Assembly: GCF_028641065.1 (NCBI RefSeq)
Contig: NC_073391.1
Location: 5,704,001-5,768,000, forward strand
Length of the DNA: 64,000 nt
Source: Leucoraja erinacea
Taxonomy: Eukaryota
Direction: 5' to 3'
The stretch's first letter is position 1; each line of letters begins with the position of its first letter. The translations under genes and the position numbers were made by a program. A model generated the notes under the pieces. The model searched no databases and was not told where the DNA came from. It saw only the letters and a program-made list of their open reading frames with translations. Positions 1 through 13,633 of this stretch are shown here, in pieces.

Positions 1-360
1 CTACCTTAAATCCGATCTCAGGACAAGAATTTTAAATTTATTTTTGCTTCCCAAACTGTTTAAGCGTGTCAGGCTAGAGTTGAATAGCCAAGCTCAAAAT
101 AAAGTGCTGCATCTGGTGCATTAATTTATAATGAGCCAGCCTGGCACACTTTGACTGGAACTGCCAGTTTAAATGGATCCCATTAAAGTGAGCTTGTGTT
201 TCACCTCAGGTTTGAGGTCGATTGTGTTGATTGTGCCATTTCTGCTGTGTTGAGTCCATTAAAGTTCTCTCAGTATTGAATCAACAAAGTAGACCGCTGG
301 GCTCCTATTGCAAATATCGTAGGAAACCTCCTGCCACATCTTAATTATTTTACTGTGGAT

Positions 361-2310
361 TGTTTAATGTTTAAAGAGCACCAGAAGATAACTAAAAAGA
401 CAACACAGGGAGAAAAGATGAGGTACAAAGGTAAGCTAGCCTAGAATATAAAGGAGGATAGTAAAAGCTTGTTTAGGTATGTGAAGAGGAAAAAAAGTAG
501 TTAAGACCAAACTTGGACCCTTGAAGACCGAAAAAGGTGAATTTATTATGGGGAACAAGGAAATGGCAGATGATTTAAACAGGTACTTTGGATCTGTCTT
601 CACTAAGGAGGACACAAACAATCTCCCTGACATAGTAGTAGTCAGAGGATCTGGGGTGACAGAGGAACTGAAGGAAATCCACATTAGGCAGGAAATGGTG
701 TTGGATAGACTGATGGGACTCATGGCTGATAAATCCCCAGGGCCTGATGGTCTGCATCCCAGGGTACTTTAGGAAGAAGCTCTAGAAATCGTGGCTGCAT
801 TGGTGATAATTTTCCAATGTTCTATTGACTCAGGATCAGATCCTGTGGATTGGAGGGTTGCTAATGTTATTCCACTTTTTAAGAAAGGCAGGAGAGAGAA
901 AACAGGGAATTATAGACCAGTTAGCCTGACATCGGTGGTGGGGAAGATGCTGGAGTCAATTATAAAAGATGAAATAGCCGCACATTTGGATAGCAGTAAC
1001 AGGATCGGTCCGAGTCAGCATGGATTTACGAAGGGGAAATCATGCTTGACTAATCTTCTGGAATTTTTTGAAGATATAACTAGGAAAATGGACAAGGGAG
1101 AGCCAGTGGATGTAGTGTACCTGGACATTCAGAAAGCATTTGATAAGGTCCCACATAGGAGATTAGTGGGCAAAATTAGGGCACATGGTATTGGGGGTAG
1201 AGTACTGACATGGATAGAAAATTGGTTGGAAGACAAGAAACAAAGAGTATGGATTAATGGGTCCATTTCAGAATGGCAGGCAGTGACTAGTGGGGTACCA
1301 CAAGGCTCGGTGCTGGGACCGTAGCTATTTACAATGTACATCAATGATTTGGATGAAGGGATTCAAAGTAACATTAGCAAATTTGCAGATGACACAGAGC
1401 TGGGTGGAAGTGTGAACTGTGAGGAGGATGCTATGAGAATGCAGGGTGACCTGAACAGGTTGGGGGAGTGGGCAGATGCATGGCAGATGAATTTTAATGT
1501 GGGTAAATGTGAGGTTATCCACTTTGGTAGTAAAAACAGGAAGGCAGGTTACTATCTAAATGGCGTCAAGTTGGAAAAGGGGAAGTACAACGGGATCTGG
1601 GGGTCCTTGTTCATCAGTCTATGAAAGTAAGCATACAGGTACAGCAGGCAGTGAAGAAAGCGAACTGCATGTTGGCCTTTATAATAAGAGGAGTCAAATA
1701 TAGGAGCAAAGAGGTCCTTCTGCAGTTGCACAGATCCCTAGTGAGACCACACCTGGAGTACTGTGTGCACTTATGGTCCCTAATTTGAGGAAGGACATTC
1801 TTGCTATTCAGGGAGTGCAGCACAGGTTTACAAGGTTAATTCCCGGGATGGCGGGACTGCTGTCATATGCTGAGAGAATGGAGCAGCTGGGCTTGTACAC
1901 TCTGGAGTTTAGAAGGATGAGAGGCGATCTCATTGAAACATATAAGATTGTTAAAGGCTTGGACATGCTAGAGGCAGGAAACATGTTCCCGATGTTTGGG
2001 GAGTCCAGAACCAGGGGCCACAGTTTAAGAATAAGGAGTAAACCATTTAGAACGGAGACGAGGAACTTTTTCTCACAGAGAGTTGTGAGTCTGTGGAATT
2101 ATCTACCTCAGCGGGTGGTGGAGGCAGGTTCTCTGGATGCTTTCAAGAGAGAGCTAGATAGGGTTCTTAAAAATAGTGGAGTCAGGGGATGTGGGGAGAA
2201 GGCAGGAATGGAGTACTGATTGTGGATGATCAGCCATGATCACATTAAATGGCGGTGCTGGCTCGAAGGGCTGAATGGCCTACTCCTGCACCTATTGTCT
2301 ATTGTCTTTT
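361..2310 (+). mobile_element. CR1-clade LINE (HER1-like), 5'-truncated; ORF2 reverse transcriptase broken by stops and frameshifts
   Basis: ORFs 521-772, 791-1324, 1334-1624 and 1773-2219 give KSPGPDG, NYRPVSLTS, LDIQKAFD, GVPQGSVLGP, FADD and RRMRGDLIE; ends in a (ctattgt) tail. Confidence 0.95.
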
Positions 2311-2344
2311 GATTCCGACCTGCAAGATTTTATAGTCTTCAATG

Positions 2345-2720
2345 TCACAGAGTGATACAGTGTGGAAACAGGCCCTTCGGCCCAACTTGGCCACATCGGC
2401 CAACATGTCCCAGCTTCATTAGTCCCACCTGCCCGTGTTTGATCCATATCCGTCCAAATCCGTCCTATCCATGTACCTGTCTAACTGTTTCTTAAATGTT
2501 GGGATATCGTATTCGAAGGCATCACAAAAGCTGGTAGCTTTGTGGTCTGAATCCTTTCTGCCAACTTGGTGCGGTGCTCACTATCCAAAATCATTCAATT
2601 AGAATCATAGTCACACAGCATGGTAGCAGGCCCTTCAGCCCAACTCGTCCATACCGGCCAAGATGTCCACCTCAGCTTGTTCCACTTGCTCAAGTTTGAC
2701 TATATCCCTCTAAAACATTT
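2345..2720 (-). mobile_element. two CR1/HE1-type 3'-tail fragments
   Basis: ggaaacaggcccttcggccca-type tail, shared with copies at ~21400 and ~26480. Confidence 0.7.
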
Positions 2721-4261
2721 TCAGCATGGAGAGATTTCCAGCATTGCATGCATGGAGTTTCACTGCTCAGGCTCAGGTACCAGGAAGCACAGCAATGATG
2801 CAGGAAGTCACAGGCTGATTAAAAGTGACTGGTGGATGCACATATGTGGACATTGGACAATGATGCTGACTGCCACCATTCCTGGTCTGTTGCACCAGAT
2901 CCAAATAAAACAGAAAGCAGACTTTTCCAGTGAGAAAGGACGATGATTTAAAAAAAAAATCTCCCTTTATAGAGGTAATAAATCCGGCAGATCTGCTTCG
3001 TTAACTATTTGTGTTTCCATTGGTAGAATCTGAGTAAATAGCACCTGGAATTAATTGTCAGTGTGGAGGGATGTGCAGGGAAATAAACAAAAATGTCTTT
3101 TGCAATTTGTTGACACACGGAATATGAGTTGCTTTTGTGTATTGTTAGTGAAATTAAAACTGGGGTTTAATGCATCCAATAATTTGAAAATGAAATTATG
3201 CTGATTGGGAAACTATGGAAATTATTCCACAGTGGGGAAGAACTCATCAACGGTATGTTTTACAACATTGACAAGACATTAAGGTTCCATTGACTTACGG
3301 AATATAGTGTAAAGGTACAGAATACCATAGAGTCTATTCTTGTATACGGAAAATATTTTATTTAAGTAGATTGCGTGGCAAGGCATTGGTAATCAGGCTG
3401 CTTTGCAATATAATGTTGCAATGCCGTTTTGTTCTGTAATTGATCACTTGCTAAAATCTGGATTGCCATCTGGCAATTGCCAAACACAGGCAGCGATCCT
3501 CCCCAAGAGATGAGGAAAAAATTAGAAGGTGAATCACCTTGTTCTTGCACTTCCTGTTAACCAGTTAATTGATGCTAAAAATCTGGCAAAATGCCCACTT
3601 GTCCATGCTTACAGAGTGGAAAGTGATAGATGAGAGGAAAAGTGGCTAATGACATTATATATTTCAGTTTCAAAGTGTATTTATATGGAAGCTTTGTCTC
3701 AGGAACACATTTTTCCCAGCTGTTATCAGGCAAAAGAGCGGTCCTCTCGACAGCTGCAGTGGAGTCGTTACTCCCATCTACCTGATTTGGGTAGGAATGT
3801 TACAACATTTTGAGATTTTTAAATTAAAACCTGTAATTTATCCCATAAGATAAAGCATAAAAAGAACTTTAATTTCACACCTAATTCACTTTCATATCTT
3901 CAGTATTAAAAAAATTATGGTCATTTTCATACTCGGAAATTAGCATTTTGTTCCCTATTGCTTTTCCATTAATTGAACACAAAAGCTCTTATCGAGGACA
4001 GTCAATTGACATAAAAGCCCATAACTTTCTTAAAAATTAAGAGAACTGAATGAAATTTTCAATTATAGATTGAAACATTCTGAAACAAATATAGTACATC
4101 TTACCTGGATAGCCTGAAAATGAAGTATATAATTAGTTAATTACCTAATTAAGTAGCTAATTACAAAATTTACCGTTGTGACAGAAATAGTAATAAACAC
4201 CCAGACTGCCTTGAAAATTCAAAAATGTGATATTCTCAAGATCAAAACTTTAATATTATTG

Positions 4262-4527
4262 TGTTTAAGAAGGAACTGCAGATGCTGGAAAATCGATTGG
4301 TACACCAAAATGCTGGAGAAACTCAGCGGGTGCAGCAGCATCTATGGAGAGAAGGAAATAGGCAACGTTTTCGGGTCGAAACCCTTCTTCAGACGGAGCA
4401 AAGGAATTGGGCAATGTTTCGGGCTGAAACGTCTGAAGAAGAGTTTTGGCCCGAAACGTTGCCTATTTCCTTCGCTCCATAGATGCTGCTGCACCCGCTG
4501 AGTTTCTCCAGCACTTTTGTGTACCTT
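4262..4527. mobile_element. short palindromic Penelope-like (pLTR-derived) element
   Basis: inverted copies of the 3' region of the GIY-YIG Penelope at 23540-23668; CTGAAGA...GAAA cores on both strands. Confidence 0.85.
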
Positions 4528-4876
4528 TAATATTATTGTAATATTAAAACAAATAGTAAATACCCAACAAAAAATGAATCTTCATCAGTGTCATAAAGTC
4601 AATTAAACTCATCTAAATTCAATTACTAGATCTAAACATCTATCCCATTCTTAAGAAAAGGCTAAAAAAAAACATTTAAATAGCCAAAGTATCTAAATAA
4701 CAAACTGATCCCATTCACACAAGAATTCACAATATAACATGATTTTTAAATCTCTCTTTGTCAAGGATTTCTATGCCAAATCAAAGGAATTGAAGGTTTA
4801 ATCCCCATAAATTTTACTCTGTTGGTTTATAACACTGCAGCAGACAAGGGCCATTTTACACAGACATCTGTTCAAA

Positions 4877-5169
4877 ATCCACAAACATCCACTCTCAAGA
4901 TAATCAAAATCCTTATTCTTTGCACAATCATGTCATGAACATCTGAATGATCTATATGTTGTGTAATTGTCTATATATGATCAATATTTTCATACTAAAT
5001 ATCTGACAAAAACTATGTACTGTGGAAGTTTTTTGTCAGATATTTAGTATGAAAATATTGATCATGGATAGACAATAACACACAATATAGATAATTTAGA
5101 TATTCTTATGACATGATTGTGCAAAAAATAATGAATTTGATTATCTTGAGACTGGATGTTTGTGGATTA
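4877..5169. repeat. long imperfect hairpin, ~140-bp arms
   Basis: inner arms tgatcaatattttcatactaaatatctgacaaaaa / tttttgtcagatatttagtatgaaaatattgatca; outer arms aatccacaaacatcca / tggatgtttgtggatt. Confidence 0.9.
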
Positions 5170-5899
5170 AGATACAGAGATCGGATTGTTGCCGCCGCCA
5201 TGATTTTGCGCAGTCACACGCAAGACACGGCTGATATCGGGGCCTAAATAACATATTTTGCATCATCAGATTAAAATGAAATTACACCAAAAACTAGATA
5301 GGATGTTAAATAAACGACCGACAGAACATACCTTTTGCTTTGTCCTGAACTTGCGATCCGTGATTTTTAAGGCATTTTAATCTGATGATTTTCATCCAGC
5401 GATTCAATAGTTAAACAACGTTTTTAAAAAACCACGAACGAGATCACAGAACAAAATTTCCTCATAATGCTTGTTTTAATAGGAAATCCCTCCCTGACAA
5501 CCAATAAAAACCTGCATTTTACTAACCCAACCCCACAACCTCTCGAGTCGCATGCACAGGCAGTGAGCAGATCAAGAGCACCACTGATGGCAGGAATTTG
5601 TAACAACACTAATTGGAGACCTCCGAACTATTATTAATCAGACTTTATCGGACTTCAATGTTCGATGATGCATAAATTTTGCACCCTTGATTCTTTATCT
5701 GCGCACTGTGGATGACTTGATTGTATCCAGGTATTCTTTTCTTTGACTGGATAGCACGCAAACAAAAGTTTTTCTCTGTACCTCAGTACACGTGACAATA
5801 ATAAACTAAACCAAACTAAACCAAACCAAACCAAACCTAAGTGAAGTGAAGTGAAGTGAACCAAGCAAGGTGGAATGTTTCTGGTACTTTACCCTACTG

Positions 5900-6776
5900 T
5901 AGGTATGTTGCAAAGCCTACCTGAAGCATTGCTGAAGATCTGTCCCAGCCCGTGTGCGCGATTTTGGCGCCGTTTAGAGAGGGGCGGGTTTAAAACGTGA
6001 TTTTCCCTAGGCTGTTCAAATCGAGGTTTTTCAGCCTAGTTAATTATTAACGAAAAATCGCTGGAAGATTCCGTAACTGGAGCTATTTTCAGTTTTAAGG
6101 GTTTTCTTTACTTGTTATAGTAGGTTAAAAATTAACCTCTAAACCCCCGACCGCCGACAACGGGTCGGATCTCATACAGGGGAAAACGGAAGGTAGGCTG
6201 TTTATTTTTACGTTAAAAAGGACTTCTTAAGAATAAGTTTACAAAGTTTAATGTTGCGAGTAGCTAATTTGGGCCCCATTATATCCCGCAGTATTTTTCT
6301 GGGCATTTGGGGCACAAATCTAGCGCAATGTGAACGTTCTAAACCAGCGCGTTCCACAGGATCCCACTGAAAAGCTGATTTAAATTGACTTTTTTTACAG
6401 CAATTGAACACTAAATTCCTTCCATTTGGCCTATAAATTAATGCAAATGAGATTTAAAAATCATGTTTTATTGTGAATTATTTGTGAATATTATTTGGAC
6501 ACTTAGGCTATTTAAAAATAAAAATCATTTATTAAGAAATGGATAGATGTTTAGATCTAGTAATTGAAGTCTGAAATTAGCTACAATTGGGTAACTAACT
6601 AATTATATGCTTTAATTTCAGGTAATCCAAGTAAGATTATTTTATATTTGTTTCAGAATGCTTCAATCTATGATAACTGAAAATGTCATTCAGTTCTCTT
6701 AATTTTTAAGAAAGTTATGGGCTTTTGACTATGCACGATCACAGCTTTTTTGTTATGTCCATAGAAAATCAATAGT
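5900..6776. mobile_element. related non-autonomous DNA transposon in inverted orientation, truncated
   Basis: starts taggtatgttgcaa; 6450-6775 is an inverted, diverged copy of parts of 3960-4760. Confidence 0.6.
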
Positions 6777-6988
6777 ATGTTCTCCCCATGACCTGTTTTG
6801 GTTTTCTCTGAGATCTTCGGTTTCCTCCCACATTCCAAAGACATACAGGTTTGTAGGTTATTTGGCTTGGTAAATGTAAAAAAAAAATGCCCCTAGTGTG
6901 TTTAGGATAGTGTTAATGTGTGGGGATAATCTGGTCGGCGCAGACCTGGTCAGCCGAAGGGCCTGTTTCCGCGCTCTGTATCTCTAAA
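6777..6988 (+). mobile_element. HE1-type V-SINE, 5'-truncated
   Basis: ttcctcccaca..caaagac..acaggtttgtagg core and gggcctgtttcc...tatctcta tail. Confidence 0.85.
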
Positions 6989-7669
6989 ATATTTTTTAAA
7001 AGATGTTTTTACTGGTTTGTTCATAAGGTTATGTTTAACATAATGGTTGTTTAACATAACCATATATGAATTTTTCCTTGTGTTCATTCCATAATGAAAC
7101 AGATAAACACTTTGAGGTGGCAAAGGATACATGGATTATCATATGCAGTGCAGTTGCCCCTTCTGTTTCTAATGCACTTCAGGTTCATGCCTCCTGTGTG
7201 TTGCAGTAATTGGCCACCGTGAATAGCATGAGACCTATGCAATGAACAGCTAGAGTTACTTGACAATAGCCATAAACTCAACTTGCATCGTGTAAAGTGA
7301 TAGTGGGTACATTTAGGCAACTGTATGTATTTTTGAAACTTAATCTGCCATTTGAAGAAAGGAGATTAATTTCTAATTCTAAATTCATTTCACTGCACCT
7401 TCGGGTGCATGTGACGAATAAAATTGACTTTGACTTTGACTTTTAGCTACAGTACATGGGAGAGAGGAGGCTCCAGTTTTCTGGGATCCCATATTTTTGT
7501 TAACTTCTTTCTCAACATGTCCTTCCATTTGCTATGTTTAATACAATATACACCTTGGTTTCTCTGCACCTGCACATTTTAATAAAGTACTATCGTTAGC
7601 ATGTATTATCATTTCCAGCTCTTTCTGCGAGAAGAAAATCTCCTCTGGTTTCACTGTATTAAACTGTAT

Positions 7670-8425
7670 CCGGTAGGCGGCGCGGCTCTGGCCAGCAGCG
7701 GCCTCTGCAGCCTGTCCGCGTTATTATTATTTTTTTTAGTTTTTATGTAGTTTTTTGTTATTTTATGTTGGGGTGTGTGTGTGGGTTATGGCGGTGGGGG
7801 TGGGAGGGGGGGGGGGAAACTTTTGAATCTCTTCCTGCACTGGAGACCCTCTCGGGTCTCAGGTGCGTTGAGGCCGCAACGAGGAGCGGCCTCCAACCTC
7901 GGGGACTCTGTGCCGACTCACCGTTGCCGTCGCGGAGCTGGCCGAGACTGGAGTGGGTGGAGCGGTGGAGGAGCGCTGCTGCTGCTGCTGCTGCTGATTC
8001 GGAGGCTGCTGCTGCGGGTCTGCGGACGGCGGCACCGGGAGCCCGCGGATCCCTGGAGGGAGACCGCTTTTCGGGGGCTCCTGCAACGGCGAATTCTCCA
8101 CGAGTTTGCGGGGTTGAAGACTCCTGGAGCGGGGCCTAAAACCAAATATCGCGGGTCTTGCGAGTTGACCGGGGCTCCAACACCAAAAGCGACCTCGCAC
8201 CACCCGGCATGGCTTCAATGGCCGCGGGACAAAGCCACCAGCGGGGGCTTTGACCTACGAGAGTGCAGTGAGATAGTTTTTTTGGCCTTCCATCAGCTAT
8301 GTAAAAATGACTATTATGTTGTGTCTGGGGTATTTGTGTGTGTAATGTATGGCTGCAGCAAACGGCATTTCGTTTGGACCTCCTCCAAATGACGACTACT
8401 CTTTCTCTCTTGACTTGACTCTTGA
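7670..8425 (+). mobile_element. GC-rich non-autonomous retroelement with Rex1/L2-type 3' tail
   Basis: ggcggcg start, T-rich tract, GC-rich body, (cttga)n tail; same architecture as 14407, 34693, 38655 and 46715. Confidence 0.55.
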
Positions 8426-8457
8426 TCTACTACTCATCTGCTCGTTTTCCAGACTTA

Positions 8458-9013
8458 AGGGGCTGTCCCACTTGGATGACCTAATCCACGAGTTTAGAAG
8501 ACACAAGACGAGTTGAAAAAATTCATATCAAGGTCTTGTTGACTCGCCGAAGTAAAAGACCTCCTACGACTATGTCTATGACCTCCTACGACTATTTTAC
8601 GACCTCCTACGACCCCCCTCGACCTCAGTCTTCCACACCTAAGACCAATTACCACTAGCTACGAGTGGAAAATTATCACATGATAAAATTATGTCATGTT
8701 TGCATTTTTTTTCTCGGGCCAGTTACTGACCTACTACTACCTACAACTATCATCACGACCTACTACGACCTACCTACGAGTAAAAAGTATCAATTTTTTC
8801 CATGCAACTTTTTTTTTACTCGTGAACATTTTTTATCAGGCTGGAAAAAACGCCACGACCTACTTGAGGCCACGAGTATGTGGAGACCACTCACGAGCAT
8901 GGGGAAGAGTTATAAAGACCTCCTATGACCTCGTGTCAACCATGCTGCGAGTATGAGTCAAGGACAAACTTGGCAGAGGTCACCAATTAGGTTGTGTAAG
9001 TGGGACAGAGGCT
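8458..9013. mobile_element. PIF/Harbinger-type MITE
   Basis: TIR aggggctgtcccactt / aagtgggacag; TTA TSD; internal ctacgac repeats. Confidence 0.85.
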
Positions 9014-9168
9014 TTACTATGCTCACTTGCTGCCGATAGTTGTCTTCCTTACCGATCACCATATCTTCAAGATTGGTGCCTCTTGCTAATTTTGAAATTT
9101 TCCTCACATTCACATAACCCCAACATATTAATACATATTGACTCTTGAAGTACAACTAATAATAGAAA

Positions 9169-9490
9169 TGTTTAGGAAGGAACTGCAGGTGCTGGTTTCT
9201 TCCTAAGATTGACATACAAAGCTGGAGTAACTCTGCGGGTCAGACAGCATCTCTGGAGAGAAGGGATAGGTGAAGTTTCGGGTCAAGACTCCTCGTCAGA
9301 CTGAGAGTCAGTGGAAAGGGAAACTAAAGATATAGACGGTGATATAGAGAGATATAAAACAAATGAATGAAAGATATGCAAAAAAGTAACGATGATAAAG
9401 GCTATTGTTAGCTGTTGTCTAAGTGAAAAAGAGTTATGGACAATGAGACTCCACAAGACGACTGTAGCTATTGCAACCCTGGATGGGGGA
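9169..9490 (-). mobile_element. Penelope-like pLTR fragment
   Basis: aggaactgcag...gctggagtaactc...tttcgggtc..gac motif family. Confidence 0.7.
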
Positions 9491-10253
9491 GGGTACCATT
9501 GACTATCAGAGGGAACTGTGTGGAGAGGGTGGCGGATTTCTGCTTCCTGGGAATCCATATTGAGGAGGACCTGACGTGGAGCGTGAACACCACTGCGCTG
9601 CTGAAAAAGGTCCAGCAGAGACTGCACTTCCTGACGGTGCTCAGGAAGAATAACATCACTCAGAAACTGCTGCTGTCCTTTTATCGGTGCTCCATTGAGA
9701 GCATACTAACATACTGTGTATGCGTGTGGTACACCAGCTGCACAGCGGCTCAGAGGAAAGCGCTCCAGAGGGCCATTGACAACGCCCAGAGGATTGTCGG
9801 CTGCCCTCTCCTTACCTTGGAGGACTTACACAGTTCCCGCTGCATCAAAAAATCCCAGAGTATTATAAAGGACATTTCCCACCCCGGACACTCCCTGTTT
9901 GAACTGTTGCCGTCAGGCAGACGGTACAGATCTACAAGGACAAGGACGAACAGACTAAAAAACAGTTTTTACCCCACTGCTATTAAAGCACTAAATGTAG
10001 CCGCCAAGGAACGCAGGGGCGATACATACTAAGGGACTGTGGTACACTGTGAAATCGACAGAAGGATGGAGGGTTGGGAGTTTATGCGTGCTATTTTCAT
10101 GATATTTATTTTAGTTGTTTATCTTTTAATATTTTATCTTGTATGTATCGTTAGCTTTTAGAAATGTTTGAATGGTGCACTGACTGGCTGACATTTTTAA
10201 ATGTCGTTGTACATGGTTCATGTTACAATGACAATAAAGAAACTATTCTATTC
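9490..10253 (+). mobile_element. Rex1/Babar LINE 3' fragment
   Basis: ORF 9436-10032: FLGIHI, QQRLHFL, FYRCSIESIL, HPGHSLFELLPSGRRYRS, RLKNSFYP; tail gacaataaa(ctatt). Confidence 0.92.
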
Positions 10254-11083
10254 GAAGGAAAGAGTTCACTGTATTACCGATCGTAATAATATTGTGCCAA
10301 AAACAAACTGCTGGAGGAACTCAGAGTGTTAGCAGTATCTGTGGAAGGAAGTGGACAGATGATGTTTCTAATATTGCACTTTAAATGCAATGTTTTTCAG
10401 GTTAGATAACCACGGCAATGGACGTTGAAATGGCTGTTTGGACAACATAATAGATGAATTAAATGGAATCAAAATCCGGCGTTTTAATAATTATGTATAA
10501 TGCTATTGTTTTTAACCACCCTGAACTAGCGATTTTCTCTAACCACATTTCTATTTTGTGTGTGGCATGGCATACTGATACCCATTGATGATTCATACAT
10601 TGTGTAGAATAAATATTGAAAATCTTGACAGGAGTCATTTTGCTGAATTCATGTTAGTCTATTATAACACAAGCACGTAGGTGTTGATAGATTACATGAT
10701 TGGTAATAGGACATTGCCTGTTGTTTACATTGATATGTTTGACTCCTCACTTTCTTATATAAACTATTAAACTGCTTCGGAGTTTCATTTATCTAAACAC
10801 AATAGAGGGTAATTTTACAAGTCTGCACTCACGATAAGAAGCCTTAATGCGAATCTGAGGATGTTCAGGGATGAATTTAAAAGTTAAAACCAGCAGAGGC
10901 CATTGTGAATTTACAAAATGCTTGTCATGAACAAGACACAATACAAGTGGCATAGACTCAAAAAGAACAGAACTGGTTATTTGTACCTGAACAGAACATA
11001 GCTGTTTTCCTACATTAAATTCTAAAAATTAACTTGAATTATTAGACGCCTGCCTGGAAATTGAACTCAGGTCATTAGTGTTA

Positions 11084-11327
11084 AGGGCCTGTCTCACTTG
11101 CTGATTTTTTTCGGCGACTACGGCATCATTGGCTGGCGTATAAGGTCACCGAAAAACTTGCGCCGTGATGCGGCGGCGACGCAGCGTGACGACGTATCAC
11201 GTGCGGGGTTTTCCCAAGTGTCGCAACATTTATTTGCGCTGATAGATTTCGAAATGTTCTAAATATTTTGGCGACACTGATATGACGCTGGCAGTCACCG
11301 AGAACATAGCCATGTGAGACAGGCCCT
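11084..11327. mobile_element. PIF/Harbinger-type MITE
   Basis: TIR agggcctgtctcac / gtgagacaggccct; TTA TSD on both sides. Confidence 0.9.
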
Positions 11328-11585
11328 TTAGTCACACTGTCGACTAGTGTCAAGACACTGTATTTTGCCTTTGAAATTCATTTCATTAAAGACATTGGAA
11401 TGAATTTCAGAGGCAGACAGCAATTCACTGTACACTGAATAGCACATTTAGCCTTATTGACTAGAGAAGTGTTTCCAGGTAAAATGTTCCCTGTGGATTG
11501 TCAACAGCATCTGTCCGATTTTTGTGGTGACTATTATTAAAAAGAACATGACCTGCATGGCTGATGCAGATTGAATATCCATTGA

Positions 11586-11705
<120 letters not shown>

Positions 11706-11713
11706 CTTCAAGA

Positions 11714-11719
11714 AATAAA
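11714..11719 (+). promoter_or_regulatory. candidate polyadenylation signal
   Basis: AATAAA 8 nt after the DNTT stop, with a T-rich tract near 11776; further AATAAA at ~12961 and ~13133. Confidence 0.4.
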
Positions 11720-12113
11720 AAGTGCCCTTTCAAAGAAATTCATTCCGAAAGAAATTCTGACACAGGAAAAATAATGTTTTTTTTATATAATTTGACATCA
11801 ATACACATTGGTCTGTATAAAGCTAACACACCATAAAATGTCAAACTTGAGCTGAGAATTGGCCTCTCATGTCCAGCAGCAGGATGTGGCAATACCTAAA
11901 TTGCAGATGAAACTATTTTATGGGAAGCTTCACAACTGCTTAATGTACCTTTAAAGTGATGGAGATGTAAGGTTGTACACAGTCGTATGGGCGACCTATA
12001 CCTCAATGCCATTCTCCCTCATATTGATCTTTAATTTTTGATTTACTTTGCTTAGAAAGCACTAGATCCCAGATGTAAGCAATTTTACTGCCCCATCATC
12101 TACAGCCTTATGG

Positions 12114-12772
12114 AAGTCATAAGGCCATAAGAAATAGGAGTGGAATTAGGCCATTTGGCCCACCAAGTCTACTCCATGATTCAATCATGGCTGATCAATC
12201 TCCCCCTCCCAACTCTCCTGCCTTCTCCCCATAACCTCTGACACCTGTACTAATGAAGAATCTATCTATCTCTGCCTTAAAAATATCCACTGACTTGGCC
12301 CTCACAACCTTCTGTGGCAAAGAATTCCACAGATTCACCACCCTCCGACTAAATAAATTTCTCCTCATCTCCTTCCTAAAAGAACGTCCTTTAATTCTGA
12401 GGCTATGAACTCTGGTCCTAGACTCTCCCACTAGTGGAAACATCCTCTCCACATCCACTCCATACAAGCCTGTCACTATTCTGTATGTTTCAATGAGGTC
12501 CCCCCTCATTCTTCTAAACACCAGCGAGTACAAGCCCAGTGCCGTCAAATGTTCATCATAGGCTAACCTACTCATTCCTGGGATCATTCTTGTAAACCTC
12601 CTCTGGACCCTCTCCAGAGCCAGCCTTCCTTCCTCAGGCATGGTGCCCAAAATTGCTCACAATATTCCAAATGCGGCCTTACCAATACCTTATAGAGCCT
12701 CAACATTACATCCCTGTTTATGTATACAAGCTTCCTTGAAATAAATGTTGGCATTGAGTTTGCTTTCTTTAG
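12114..12772 (-). mobile_element. CR1 LINE 3' fragment
   Basis: ORF 12195-12650: LERVQRRFTRMIPGM...RRMRGDLIE...RVVNLWNSLP. Confidence 0.93.
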
Positions 12773-13633
12773 TGTGAAAGTGTGAATCCCATATTCCTTT
12801 TGGAATAACCTTCTGTAAAACGAGCTAAAGAATGAACTATTGCTTTCTGCTTATTGCTTTGTATTTTTTTTAATTGTTTCTCATTGGTTACATATCAAAT
12901 ATCATGGATGTTTTGGAAACAACACAATGTGAAGTTATGTGTAGAATGCTGCAAAATCTTAATAAATGTTTCATATCTTGCTTTGAACTATTTTTCTCAA
13001 TGTTATAATTTAAGAAATTATGAAAGTAATGACTTGCGGCAAAGCTTCGATTAACTCTCAATACATGACCATAATCTCTGTTAATATTTGGGAAATTATG
13101 GAATACATTGGGTATCTCTGACATGCATCATAAATAAATAACTGTTAGACCATGCATAACTTTCAAAATTGAATCAACAAATGGAAAAGCTGTTGGAATT
13201 ATATCTGCAACTCACACTTTTCCTGCAATGTCACATTTTCACAGTGATTTTTTAATTATATTACAGATGTGCCTTACAGGTAATTACAGATTACCAATTC
13301 TGCACATTTTAGATTTAACTGACTTCAGTGGCTTCCTTTGTAGGACTGCCTTTAATAACTGAATTATACAAAATATGTGAAAACTAGTTTTCCCTTAACT
13401 CACTACCAATTGAGGTACCGTAGAGGTGCATCAATTAGTTCTGCTGATATTAAAGTTCCAATAAAAGGGTTGAACCATGACCTTGGGTTCTGCCGTTGTG
13501 GAGAATGCATGTTTTCTCTGTGAGGTGTGGGTTTTGCCAGGTTTTCGAGTTACCTCCCACATCCCAAACAAATGCTGGCAGGTTAATCACCTTCTTTAAA
13601 TTGTAGCTAACTTTGGTCATGGCAGGAGAGTTA

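Larger units (their letters stand above)
3792..5611. mobile_element. non-autonomous DNA transposon, probably hAT-like
   Basis: imperfect TIRs taggaatgttacaa (3792) / ttgtaacaacacta (5598-5611); interrupts another repeat; AT-rich, no ORF. Confidence 0.6.
3710..5860 (+). mobile_element. Rex1/L2-type 3'-tail retroelement fragment, split by a DNA transposon at 3792-5611
   Basis: 3710-3791 and 5612-5860 join into a sequence similar to 42275-42910; ends gtgacaataataaac plus (aaacc)n/(aagtg)n. Confidence 0.6.

Noticed and set aside
2945-3700. Further viral coding relics upstream
   Set aside because: Only a single weak motif (GQVGILP) and no colinear series; not supportable
7765-8392. 124-205 aa ORFs with poly-Ala/Leu/Gln
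   Set aside because: They arise from GC-rich repeat sequence and a (gct)n tract, are open in several frames and show no domain motifs
10394-10428. ttttcag followed by LDNHG, resembling the penultimate DNTT exon motif LDNHAL
   Set aside because: The acceptor is in the wrong position, the preceding QFERDLRR-like part is missing and a stop follows four codons later; probably chance
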